In this document: piece by piece, positions 1-8,293 of the stretch
Layout of the letters: each line of letters begins with the position of its first letter
How positions within the stretch are numbered: the stretch's first letter is position 1
DNA from: a bacterium
GTDB lineage: Bacteria > Patescibacteriota > UBA1384 > XYA2-FULL-43-10 > 1-14-0-10-43-13
Direction of reading: 5' to 3'
Assembly (NCBI GenBank): GCA_037131475.1
Contig: JBAXQZ010000001.1
Span: 1-28,569 of the forward strand
Length of the DNA stretch: 28,569 nucleotides
Program-made: the position numbers and the translations under genes
The notes under the pieces: generated by a model
The model's input: the letters and a program-made list of their open reading frames with translations, nothing else
Told to the model about the DNA's origin: nothing
Databases searched by the model: none

Positions 1-1
1 A

Positions 2-355
2 CACAATATTGAACACGAATTGAGTGCATTTTATGATATACCACACGCTGCCGGCTTGGCAATCATTACGCCTAGGTGGATGGATGTTGTAAAAGATCAG
101 AAAGCGAAAAAATTAGTCCAATACGGCAAAAGAGTTTGGAATCTTGAGGGAACTGAAGGCGAAATAATCAAACAGTCAATCCAAATAACATTTGATTTTT
201 TCCGAGGATTGGGTGTCAAAATGAATTTAAAAGATTGGGATATTGATGATAAAAATTTCCCTATCATAATTGAAAGATTAACAAATAAGGCTATCGGCGA
301 GATCCCACTCTCGAGAACGCAAATAACTGAAATATTGAATAATTGTTTGCTTTGA
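2..355 (+). CDS. Iron-containing alcohol dehydrogenase (BdhA/YqhD-like), C-terminal part; 5'-truncated by the window edge
   Basis: Frame is open from base 2 and reads HNIEHELSAFYDIPHAAGLAII, the H-x-I-E-H...H metal-binding segment of Fe-ADHs. The ORF-track start at 20 is internal. TGA at 353-355. Confidence 0.85.
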   Translation, partial: HNIEHELSAFYDIPHAAGLAIITPRWMDVVKDQKAKKLVQYGKRVWNLEGTEGEIIKQSIQITFDFFRGLGVKMNLKDWDIDDKNFPIIIERLTNKAIGEIPLSRTQITEILNNCLL

Positions 356-407
356 AAATCGGACAATGATCATGATTCACTCAAATAAATAAATGAAATG
401 AAAATAT

Positions 408-749
408 ATGCGCGTCTGGGATATTCATCCAAAATATTTGTGTCGCAAACATTTGCTCGCCGAGCATCGTGAGCTTCATGGACTTTGGAATATTCTGACC
501 AAACATAACTGTAAAGGCGGCTACTCACGTCATCCAGAGACATTACGATGGATTAATAAAGAGAAAGCACTGTATCTTCGGCATCAGATGTTAATTGATG
601 AATTTGCTTTTCTTGGATACAAGCATCATACACCACTAAATGAAAAACTTGCTATCGGCTTGGCAGAACAATGTACTTTTATCAATACTATCAGCGAACA
701 ACTGGAAATATTGAAGCAAAAACCCTGTGATTGCCCGTTGGATTTATGA
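408..749 (+). CDS. Pyrimidine dimer DNA glycosylase / T4 endonuclease V family protein
   Basis: N-terminus MRVWDIHPKYLCRKHLLAEHRELH matches the family pattern (T4 HLMAEYREL); also GYSRHPET..W; 113 aa. Confidence 0.85.
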   Translation: MRVWDIHPKYLCRKHLLAEHRELHGLWNILTKHNCKGGYSRHPETLRWINKEKALYLRHQMLIDEFAFLGYKHHTPLNEKLAIGLAEQCTFINTISEQLEILKQKPCDCPLDL

Positions 750-899
750 AGAATTTAACTTCACCCAGTCCGTTTGACTTTGCTCAGTGCATGCATTAAT
801 GTTGGAAATCTTGCGATTACCTTATGCTCTTGCTTCAATTATTATATGTTTTGATATTTGTGATAAAATAACAATGCTATTGCTAAGTAAAGGAGTGCA

Positions 900-1472
900 A
901 TGAAATTTATTTTGATATTTGGGCCTCAGGCTGTTGGCAAGATGACGGTCGGCCATGAATTGGAAAAAATTACTGACTTGAAGCTTTTTCATAATCATAT
1001 GACGATAGATTTGGTCTCGCCTTTCTTTGACTACGGAACACCTATTGCCAAGAAATTGGTCGAGCATTTCCGGACTGAAATATTGGAAGCTGTGGCGCAA
1101 AGCGATCTCTCAGGATTAATATTTACTTACATCTGGAATTTCGATACGCAACATGACTGGGATCAGATCGAAAAATTCTGTGAAATTTTTCGACGCAATG
1201 GTGGCGAAATATGTATGGTGGAGCTTGAAGCAGAGGTTGATGAAAGAATTGCGCGCAACAAAACGCCTCATCGACTCGAGCACAAGCCAAGCAAAAGAAA
1301 TCTCGAGCGGTCAGAGAAAGATTTGATTAATTCCGTGGCGTCGCATCGCATGAATTCGCTCGAAGGTGAGATCAAAGAGAAGAATTATATCAGAATCAAT
1401 AATTCAAAAATTTCACCAGAAAAAGTCGCGGGAATAATAAAGGAGAGATTTGGACTGAATCCAACAAGGTGA
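900..1472 (+). CDS. P-loop nucleoside/nucleotide-kinase-like protein (AAA/shikimate-kinase-like family)
   Basis: N-terminal Walker A variant GPQAVGKMT, then FHNHMTID, and a lid-like ERIARNK segment. SD AAGGAG upstream. Substrate cannot be assigned. Confidence 0.75.
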   Translation: MKFILIFGPQAVGKMTVGHELEKITDLKLFHNHMTIDLVSPFFDYGTPIAKKLVEHFRTEILEAVAQSDLSGLIFTYIWNFDTQHDWDQIEKFCEIFRRNGGEICMVELEAEVDERIARNKTPHRLEHKPSKRNLERSEKDLINSVASHRMNSLEGEIKEKNYIRINNSKISPEKVAGIIKERFGLNPTR

Positions 1473-1488
1473 ATAATTGGTTTGAATA

Positions 1489-1516
1489 GTGAATTGTGAA
1501 TTGTGAATTGTGAATT
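1489..1516. repeat. Heptamer tandem repeat (GTGAATT)x4
   Basis: Four exact copies directly downstream of the kinase stop, preceded by degenerate copies. Confidence 0.95.
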
Positions 1517-1566
1517 AAGGATTGACTATCCCATAGATTATCGGATCAAGTCCGATAATGACAGAA
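1517..1566. repeat. 50-bp palindromic dispersed repeat, copy 1 (other copy at 28520-28569)
   Basis: 49/50 identical to 28520-28569. Contains a perfect 9-bp stem ATTATCGGA-tcaag-TCCGATAAT (1537-1559) ending in ATGAC. Confidence 0.95.
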
Positions 1567-1596
1567 CGTAGAGTGGGTGGGAATGAAGGAATTAAC

Positions 1597-1654
1597 TTAG
1601 AATTTAAATACTTTGGATTTGTTTGTTATTTCTGATTTAGTACTTTGAATTTAA
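1597..1654. repeat. 58-bp AT-rich 7-nt-periodic dispersed element, copy 1 (other copy at 28298-28355)
   Basis: Ungapped alignment to 28298-28355 gives 47/58 matches by hand count. Low complexity inflates the identity. Confidence 0.7.
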
Positions 1655-1742
1655 TACTCTGTATTCATTTCGTAAATTTAGTATTTTTCGTATTTCGTAT
1701 TAGCATTTGAAAATTGAAAATTTATATATATGGGAGAGTTTT

Positions 1743-2267
1743 ATGAAAATATTGGCGATTAATGGTAGCCCGAGACATTCCAAGACAGAGGCTATGATCA
1801 AAACGTTAATTGATAAAGTTGCTGATGACTCAGAGATAATACATTTGAGCGATTTGAGTATTCGTCCCTGCACTGGCTGTAGAAAATGCGCTACAGCGCC
1901 ATTTGAGTGCCAACAAGAGGACGGCATCAGTAGATTGTTTATCAAAATGAGACTAGCAGAAATTATCATTCTCGCCTCCCCTACTTATTTTGACAATGTG
2001 ACAGGAATAATGAAAAACTTTTTTGATCGTTGCCTTGGGCTTTATTGGTCCAAAAAACTTGAGGGCAAGAAAGTGATCTTACTCACTATTGCCGGTGGCC
2101 ATCGGTCAGAGTCAGCAGAACGTTGTCTCGATGCAATGGAATATTGGAGCAAACTTATGAAAATGCAGGTCATTGAAAAAATTGGCGCCTTTAACGGCGA
2201 TGAGCATTCGAAAGATGCCGAGCTAGAAACACTATCAAATAAACTACCGAGAATGGTGTCCCAATGA
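1743..2267 (+). CDS. Iron-sulfur flavoprotein / NADPH-dependent FMN reductase (flavodoxin-like)
   Basis: MKILAINGSPR; Cys motif CTGCRKC..C; ASPTYF; FFDR. Start moved from 1707 to ATG 1743, which follows a GGGAG SD and gives the family N-terminus. Confidence 0.88.
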   Translation: MKILAINGSPRHSKTEAMIKTLIDKVADDSEIIHLSDLSIRPCTGCRKCATAPFECQQEDGISRLFIKMRLAEIIILASPTYFDNVTGIMKNFFDRCLGLYWSKKLEGKKVILLTIAGGHRSESAERCLDAMEYWSKLMKMQVIEKIGAFNGDEHSKDAELETLSNKLPRMVSQ

Positions 2268-2800
2268 ATACGGAATTCGAAACTCAAATACTCAATGCAG
2301 ATGTCATCAAAATTGCCGAGAGACTACGCGCTCTTGGCGCGATAGAAATGCCGGAGAAATTCCAAAAACGTTGGGTTTTTGATCTTGCCTCAAGTGATGA
2401 CCACCGTAGTTGGGTCAGACTGAGAACTGATGGCGAGAAAACGAAGATTTGCTACAAGGAAAAATATAATGCCAACATGGACGGGACCAAAGAGCTTGAG
2501 ATTGAAGTCGATGATTTTGACAAGGCTTATGAAATTATTTCTAAATTAAATTTCTATAATGATCTATATTACCAAGAAGATAAGGCGACGCTCTTCTATC
2601 TTAATGATATTGAATTCAAAATTGATTATTGGCCGATGATTCCACCGGTACTGGAAATTGAGGCAAAAAGTTCAGAAAAAGTTGCCGAGGGCTTAAAATT
2701 ACTTGACCTTGAGGGGAAAGAGTTTGGCCATCACGGATATGTACAAATTTTCAAAGAATACGGTATCGATTTGCACAAACATAAGATTTTGAAGTTTTGA
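2264..2800 (+). CDS. CYTH (triphosphate tunnel metalloenzyme) domain protein, CyaB-like
   Basis: EFETQI (ExExK-like), WVRLR, ICYK, ELEIEV, IDYWP, LEIEA. ATGA overlap with the upstream gene. Confidence 0.85.
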   Translation: MNTEFETQILNADVIKIAERLRALGAIEMPEKFQKRWVFDLASSDDHRSWVRLRTDGEKTKICYKEKYNANMDGTKELEIEVDDFDKAYEIISKLNFYNDLYYQEDKATLFYLNDIEFKIDYWPMIPPVLEIEAKSSEKVAEGLKLLDLEGKEFGHHGYVQIFKEYGIDLHKHKILKF

Positions 2801-2843
2801 ACTTCATAAATTCCTTTATTAAGTCGTTTTTGCTTTTGACAGA

Positions 2844-2872
2844 GTGACAAAAGTCTTGGGATAAGCTAAAAT
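2844..2872 (+). promoter_or_regulatory. Possible sigma70-type promoter for the nucleotidase-CYTH-membrane protein genes
   Basis: GTGACA (2844-2849), 17 nt, TAAAAT (2867-2872). A TTGACA at 2836 and a TATAAT at 2872 are also present but not at canonical spacing. Confidence 0.35.
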
Positions 2873-2898
2873 ATAATTAATTAATATCGGAAGAAAAT

Positions 2899-3507
2899 AT
2901 GAAAATCGGCGTTGATCTTGATGATGTACTTGGTGAGTTTATGCCTCGGATGCTGGCTTTTCACAATGAGAAATACGGCACAAAATTCGGCAACCGTGAT
3001 GTTGGCCATGTACATGCACTTTTTGAATTGATCAGCGATACCGAAGAGGAAGCAATTGCCAAGATGGAGCTCTTTTATAAAAGCGACTACTTTTCAGATC
3101 TGCCACCAGTCAAAGGAGCCAAGGAGAATCTACGCAAGATCAAAGATGCCGGCCATAAACTAGTATGTATCACTGGGCGCCCTAGCCACTTGAAAGATCT
3201 CACTGTCGGTTGGATCAAGGAACATTTTGAAGATATTATCGAAGAGGTACATTTCGCTGATAGTGTAGTCCACGCTCACGGTTGGTCAAAGGGTGAAATG
3301 TGCAAGAGACTTGGTATACATCACCACATTGATGATTTTCTCGCATTTGCTCAAAATTGTGCAGAAAATGGCATCAGCGTCTTCCTACTTGATCGTCCCT
3401 GGAATCGCAACGTTGAGCTCGACATTAATATCAAGCGCGTTTTCTCATGGGATGAAATTTCTCTTGATTTAATCAAATTGAATCGATTGGAGCGAAATTA
3501 TGATTGA
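2899..3507 (+). CDS. HAD-superfamily 5'(3')-deoxyribonucleotidase (NT5C-like)
   Basis: Motif I VDLDDVL, motif II ITGRP, motif III K (SKGEMC), motif IV HIDD, and the family-typical DRPWNR. Confidence 0.85.
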   Translation: MKIGVDLDDVLGEFMPRMLAFHNEKYGTKFGNRDVGHVHALFELISDTEEEAIAKMELFYKSDYFSDLPPVKGAKENLRKIKDAGHKLVCITGRPSHLKDLTVGWIKEHFEDIIEEVHFADSVVHAHGWSKGEMCKRLGIHHHIDDFLAFAQNCAENGISVFLLDRPWNRNVELDINIKRVFSWDEISLDLIKLNRLERNYD

Positions 3508-4024
3508 GCTTGAATTAACATACCTAGCCAAATACCTACCAGAAAATCTAAAGGCTTACCCAGTCAAAGAGATAGTCGATATTTACGTCCCTGTGGCTTT
3601 CGAGCATCCAACCATCAGGATCAGAAAAAACGGAGATGTGTATGAAATCACCAAAAAAGAGCCTGTGTCTGGCACGGATAGCTCCGAGCAGCTTGAACAA
3701 ACTATCAAAATTACAGCCGAGGAATTCCAGGAATTCTTGAAATTCCCTGGCAAGATTGTCAAGAAACATCGATATATTTATCCTTTTGGCGACTTGCATG
3801 CCGAAATCGACGTATTTGATGGCGACCTTTCTGGCCTAATCTTGGTGGATTTTGAATTTGATAATCAAAAAGAAAAAGACTTATTTGTTGCTCCCGATTT
3901 TTGCCTAGCAGAAATAACTCAGGAGAAATTCTTGGCCGGTGGCATGGTTTGTGGCAAAAGCTACAAAGACATTGAGCAAGAATTAAGTAAATACAATTAT
4001 AAGAAAATTATTTTTAATAAATAA
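3500..4024 (+). CDS. Second CYTH domain protein (TTM-like subtype)
   Basis: ELELTY, TIRIR, ITKK, KHRY, AEIDVF.G.L.GL..VDFEF. Overlaps the nucleotidase gene by 8 bp. Confidence 0.82.
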   Translation: MIELELTYLAKYLPENLKAYPVKEIVDIYVPVAFEHPTIRIRKNGDVYEITKKEPVSGTDSSEQLEQTIKITAEEFQEFLKFPGKIVKKHRYIYPFGDLHAEIDVFDGDLSGLILVDFEFDNQKEKDLFVAPDFCLAEITQEKFLAGGMVCGKSYKDIEQELSKYNYKKIIFNK

Positions 4025-4034
4025 AGGATCACAT

Positions 4035-4733
4035 ATGAATCAAATCAAAAATGCATTTGCGATAAGTTGGCTTAATTTTAAGAAAAATTGGAAAAAATTG
4101 GCAATATTTTCCATAATTTTTATTGCTATATCGCTTGCTTTCATGATCATCGATGAAATGTTGCAGAATTTTGATATTTATAAGAATTATCTGGCTAGCC
4201 TCACAAGTCTTATCATTTCGACTTTTTTGTCGCTAGGAAGTATTCGGATTGCTTTACTTTTTAATGATAAGAAGGAAGTATCTTTTGGCCACTTTTTTAA
4301 CAATTGGAAAATATTTGGTAAATTTATGCTAGCATCGTTGATCAAAAGCCTGATCATTATATTGCCAATCGTTATTTTGCTAATCATTACTGCCTCATCA
4401 AATTTTCAAAAAGACGTTGCTTGGACGCTGGGAGCAATTACGGCCGGGCTGAGCATTTTCTTGGCAATTTCATTTCTATTTGTCGACTACTTGATCGTTG
4501 ACAAGGACCTATCAATTGCGGATGCCTTTAAACAAAGTTTTTTATTGACCAAGAAAAAAACGGGCATCATTCTCATGATTATGCTTCTACTTGTCGCGCT
4601 AAATTTAATAGGACTGATCGCTTTTATCGTCGGCCTAGTCTTCACTATTCCCTTCTCTTGGTTGATAATTGCTAATATATACCGACAATTTTCGAAGAAA
4701 GTTAAGGCCACTACTCCAGAGATTGCTGAATAA
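4035..4733 (+). CDS. Multi-pass integral membrane protein (DUF975/YciC-like)
   Basis: About 5-6 hydrophobic segments; SIADAFKQSFLLTK and GLIAFIVGLVFTIP..Y patterns typical of this group. SD AAGGA. Confidence 0.7.
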   Translation: MNQIKNAFAISWLNFKKNWKKLAIFSIIFIAISLAFMIIDEMLQNFDIYKNYLASLTSLIISTFLSLGSIRIALLFNDKKEVSFGHFFNNWKIFGKFMLASLIKSLIIILPIVILLIITASSNFQKDVAWTLGAITAGLSIFLAISFLFVDYLIVDKDLSIADAFKQSFLLTKKKTGIILMIMLLLVALNLIGLIAFIVGLVFTIPFSWLIIANIYRQFSKKVKATTPEIAE

Positions 4734-4755
4734 GGACTAAAAACTTTCGAAGATA

Positions 4756-4787
4756 AAAAATGCTCCGACGTAGGCCGGAGCATTTTT
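4756..4787. terminator. Bidirectional intrinsic terminator between convergent genes
   Basis: Perfect 12-bp stem AAAAATGCTCCG / CGGAGCATTTTT with an 8-nt loop and A/T tracts on both sides. Confidence 0.85.
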
Positions 4788-4806
4788 ATTTTGGCTTAGC
4801 GAATTA

Positions 4807-7164
4807 TTATCGATCGATAATGTTGGAAAGCATGAGACGTTTCTCGACAGAGGCAATTAATTTGCGTGTTGAGATAATGACATCTGGTGTGACAGAAACC
4901 GAGGTTGTACCAGCGCGAACCATCATCTCTGTAATCTCAGGATAAACGCTTGGTGCTTGGCCACAGATTGAGCAAGTGACATTGCGTTTGCGACAGGTCT
5001 TGATCACATATTCGATTGAAAGCTTGACTGCCTCATCACGTTCATCAAACAACGTTGCAAGAGCTTGGTTGTCACGATCGACACCCAAAGTTAGCTGAGT
5101 CAAGTCATTGGAACCGATTGAGATACCATCAATACCGAGATCGAGGAACTTCTCGAGCAAGATAACATTTGATGGGATCTCACACATCATCCAGATCTTA
5201 AAGTCTGGGCCTTGTCTCAGTCCACTCTGCTCAATTAATCTAATACATTCAGCCATTTCAGTCGTCGTGCGAACAAAAGGAACCATAATATGTAGATTCT
5301 TCAGGTCTAATTCGTCGCGAACCTTTTTGATTGCTTTGAGTTCAAAGGCAAACATTTCTGGATCGGCGATATAACGTGAGGCGCCACGATAACCAATCAT
5401 TGGATTGTCCTCTACTGGCTCAAACTCTTCGCCACCCTTGAGGCCTCTATATTCATTGGTCTTGAAATCTGAAGCACGATAGACGACTGGACGTGGATTG
5501 AAGGCACCGCAAATAGTGCGAAGTCCATTGACCAACCCCTCGACATATTGCTCGCCTCGTCCATCTCGAACCATGGCTTTGGGATGCTCCCCAAGACTAG
5601 CAATCATAAACTCAGCGCGGAGAAGCCCGACACCATCAACTGGCATCTTGGCAACTTCCTCAGCCAAATGTGGCTCACCGAGATTGACATATACCTTCGT
5701 TCCAGTAACTGGAACTTCGTCGGCTAGAATCGAACCGCCCATTTGATGACCTGCGCTTGCTTCTGGTTTGGCAGCGATGGCAACTTTACCCTCATAAACT
5801 ACACCTCGAGCACCATCAACTGTCACTATTTGACCGGTTTTGAGAGCGCTTGTAGCGGTACCGGTGCCGACAACACATGGGATACCCATTTCACGCGATA
5901 CAATCGCTGCGTGACAGGTACGTCCACCGGTATCGGTGATGATAGCCGTAGCTTTGCGCATCGCAGGAACGAAATCTGGAGTAGTCATTTCCGTGACCAA
6001 GACATCACCCTTGTTAACCTTGTCTATCTCTGATGGTTTGTGGATGATCTTGACTGGACCAGATGAAATACCAAGTGAAGCTGCTGCACCCTTTAAGATA
6101 ACTTCTGCTTTGTTGATATCAATGCCACCATCAGTGCCAGCGCTTGCTTGATCAGCTAGAGCTTCGACATCAGCGGCATTCTCTTTCTTGCCAAGAGTTG
6201 TGATCGGTCGAGCTTGAACAAAATATACCTTGCCGTTTTCTATCGCCCACTCAGTATCCTGAGGCTTGCCATAATGCTTTTCAATCTCAATGGCTACTTT
6301 GGCTAATTCTAGGATTTCTTCATCAGTAATCTTCTGCTTGTCTTGATCGGCTTTGGCAACGCTAACGTGCTTGAGGCCGCCCTTGACGTCATGAATAATT
6401 TTCCAAGTTTGTGTATTGATCTCTTTGGCAGTAATCTGAACATTTTGCTTGTCAACAACATATCGATCAGGCGTGATCGAGCCAGAGACGACAGCTTCGC
6501 CAAGACCAAAACCAGCCTCAACAACAAGATTGTTTGGGTCTTCCCCGACTGGATCAACAGTGAAGAGAATACCGGACTTGTCTGATTGAACCATATTTTG
6601 AACAACAGCAGAAAGACCTACTGTAGAATGATCAAATTTGTTGATTATTCGATAGTAGATTGCTCTTGGCTCGTAAAGTGAAGCATAGCATTCGAGAACT
6701 GACTTCAAAACTTGATCGGGGCCAAGATTGTTGAGGAAAGTTGCTTGCTGGCCAGCAAAAGAAGCTTCTGGCAGGTCCTCAGCAGTCGCACTAGAACGAA
6801 CAGCTACTGGGAAACCACCAAGTTCGTGATAATAATCACGAATCGCTTTGACCAAATCAGCAGGCAATTTGGCGCCCAAAATTAACTTTTTGATCTCTTT
6901 TGAGGCGTGATTTAATGCCTTTGAATTTTCAGCATCGAGCCCTTTGAGCAAAGCTTCGATCTTTGGCTCAATCTTAGCTTCCCTCAAAAAATAAAAGAAC
7001 GCTTGAGCCGTAACACAGAATCCCCCTGGAATTGGGAAGTTATTGCGAGTCATCTCGCCGAGATTGGCACCCTTGCCACCAACTAGCGGAATATCTTCTT
7101 TGGTAATGTCTTTGAACCACATCACCATTTTTTCTTTGCTTTTACCCTTTTTATCACCAAACAT
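4807..7164 (-). CDS. ppsA: Phosphoenolpyruvate synthase (pyruvate, water dikinase)
   Basis: VGGKGANLGEM; VAVRSSATAEDLPEASFAGQQ; phospho-His GGRTCHAAIVSRE; NPMIGYRGA; SIGSNDLTQ; ICGQAPS. SD AGGAGG. Confidence 0.97.
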   Translation of the reverse strand: MFGDKKGKSKEKMVMWFKDITKEDIPLVGGKGANLGEMTRNNFPIPGGFCVTAQAFFYFLREAKIEPKIEALLKGLDAENSKALNHASKEIKKLILGAKLPADLVKAIRDYYHELGGFPVAVRSSATAEDLPEASFAGQQATFLNNLGPDQVLKSVLECYASLYEPRAIYYRIINKFDHSTVGLSAVVQNMVQSDKSGILFTVDPVGEDPNNLVVEAGFGLGEAVVSGSITPDRYVVDKQNVQITAKEINTQTWKIIHDVKGGLKHVSVAKADQDKQKITDEEILELAKVAIEIEKHYGKPQDTEWAIENGKVYFVQARPITTLGKKENAADVEALADQASAGTDGGIDINKAEVILKGAAASLGISSGPVKIIHKPSEIDKVNKGDVLVTEMTTPDFVPAMRKATAIITDTGGRTCHAAIVSREMGIPCVVGTGTATSALKTGQIVTVDGARGVVYEGKVAIAAKPEASAGHQMGGSILADEVPVTGTKVYVNLGEPHLAEEVAKMPVDGVGLLRAEFMIASLGEHPKAMVRDGRGEQYVEGLVNGLRTICGAFNPRPVVYRASDFKTNEYRGLKGGEEFEPVEDNPMIGYRGASRYIADPEMFAFELKAIKKVRDELDLKNLHIMVPFVRTTTEMAECIRLIEQSGLRQGPDFKIWMMCEIPSNVILLEKFLDLGIDGISIGSNDLTQLTLGVDRDNQALATLFDERDEAVKLSIEYVIKTCRKRNVTCSICGQAPSVYPEITEMMVRAGTTSVSVTPDVIISTRKLIASVEKRLMLSNIIDR

Positions 7165-7192
7165 TTTTTCCCTCCTAAATCGAACTATTTAT

Positions 7193-7639
7193 TTATTTTA
7201 ATTTTTCAGTCGCTTTGATTATTATATCATAATTAAACCCACGACCCAAAAGAAATCGGAAAAGTTTATTCTTTTGCTCATATTTGTCGGTGATTTTACT
7301 CCTTACCAACCATTTTTGTGCCTGAATTTGAGCGTTTTCCAATTCATTTTCGCCTTGATCGTTCAAATATTTATTGATCAAGTCCTCTGCCACCCCCAAT
7401 TGATATAATTTTAATTTGATTTTTTGTTTGCCAACACGACCGAGAGACATTTGGTATTTGATGAAGTGCTCGGCGAATCGTTCATCGTTCAGAAATTTCT
7501 TATCCTTGAGCCACTCAATCGTCGTCGCAATCTCTTCCTCGGAATATTCTTTTCTGACCATTTTCTTGTGTAATTCAAATTCGCTTCTATCACGAAGGGA
7601 AATCATATCCAAGGCATATTGTAGGGGTGTTTTTTTCAT
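7193..7639 (-). CDS. recX: RecA regulator RecX
   Basis: ALDMISLRDRSEFEL, FLNDERFA, and C-terminal KLFRFLLGRGF three-helix repeats; lies downstream of recA. Confidence 0.93.
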   Translation of the reverse strand: MKKTPLQYALDMISLRDRSEFELHKKMVRKEYSEEEIATTIEWLKDKKFLNDERFAEHFIKYQMSLGRVGKQKIKLKLYQLGVAEDLINKYLNDQGENELENAQIQAQKWLVRSKITDKYEQKNKLFRFLLGRGFNYDIIIKATEKLK

Positions 7640-7665
7640 TTAACTTAATGTTTTAATATCAAAAA

Positions 7666-8268
7666 CTATACCCCATTTGAAGAAAGTGCCTCCTCAAGCA
7701 TATTCCTTAAATTTTCATTCTCTAAAGTTAATCTTTCATTTTCTGCCTGCAAGCGCATGTTCTCTGTGCTTTGTTCTGACTCATGGTTCCGCCTCTCCCT
7801 AAGAGCATCAATTCTTGCTCTAAAGCTCTCCATAACATTGAGGGTTGCAGTATTAATATTTTCAGAATTGTCAGGTTCTTTCTTGGCGTTTTCAGGATGT
7901 CTTTGATGATACGCTTCTAAATTTCTATCAACATACTCCCTCAATGCGTCAGGTGGTATATTTTGCTCACGAGCAATATTGGCAATATCATCAGGATGAA
8001 CTGCTTGAATCGCTTCACAATCTTCGTCGCCCAGATCTCCTTCCAATCTCGAATTGGCCACAAATATTTCTTTTGCCCTTCTAAGCCCTTCTGGACTAGA
8101 CAATTCTATTGTTATTCCAGATTCATGAGAATCTTCTGCATAATTATCTACAATTGGTGATGGGGCAGCCACTTGTGCCTCGAGTGTCGCAAAATCAGAT
8201 CCGTTAGATTCATTTGATTCATTAAACCCGTCATATCCAACCTCTCCATTCATTCCTAAACTTGACAT
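7666..8268 (-). CDS. Hypothetical acidic protein with C-terminal coiled coil
   Basis: 200-aa ORF filling the recA-recX gap, with a strong SD (AAGGAGG) and heptad-like RLQAENERLTLENENLR. No family recognised. Confidence 0.75.
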   Translation of the reverse strand: MSSLGMNGEVGYDGFNESNESNGSDFATLEAQVAAPSPIVDNYAEDSHESGITIELSSPEGLRRAKEIFVANSRLEGDLGDEDCEAIQAVHPDDIANIAREQNIPPDALREYVDRNLEAYHQRHPENAKKEPDNSENINTATLNVMESFRARIDALRERRNHESEQSTENMRLQAENERLTLENENLRNMLEEALSSNGV

Positions 8269-8293
8269 ATCCCTCCTTAAATTTATATCTACT

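Noticed and set aside
770-794. CCGTTTGACTTTGCTCAGTGCATGC resembles a recalled TTCGAC..CGCTCAG-type intergenic repeat
   Set aside because: Single degenerate copy in the window and the resemblance rests on memory only; cannot be supported without a genome search.
1489-1720. Tandem repeats as a CRISPR array
   Set aside because: Units are 7 nt and contiguous, with no 23-47-nt repeats separated by unique spacers and no cas genes.
1707-1742. ORF-track N-terminal extension of the flavoprotein
   Set aside because: It runs through a TTGAAAA heptamer tract; ATG 1743 has an SD and gives the canonical family start.
2264-4024. Calling the CYTH proteins adenylate cyclases (cyaB)
   Set aside because: Most CYTH proteins are not cyclases and both lack the ExExK lysine; activity cannot be assigned from sequence.
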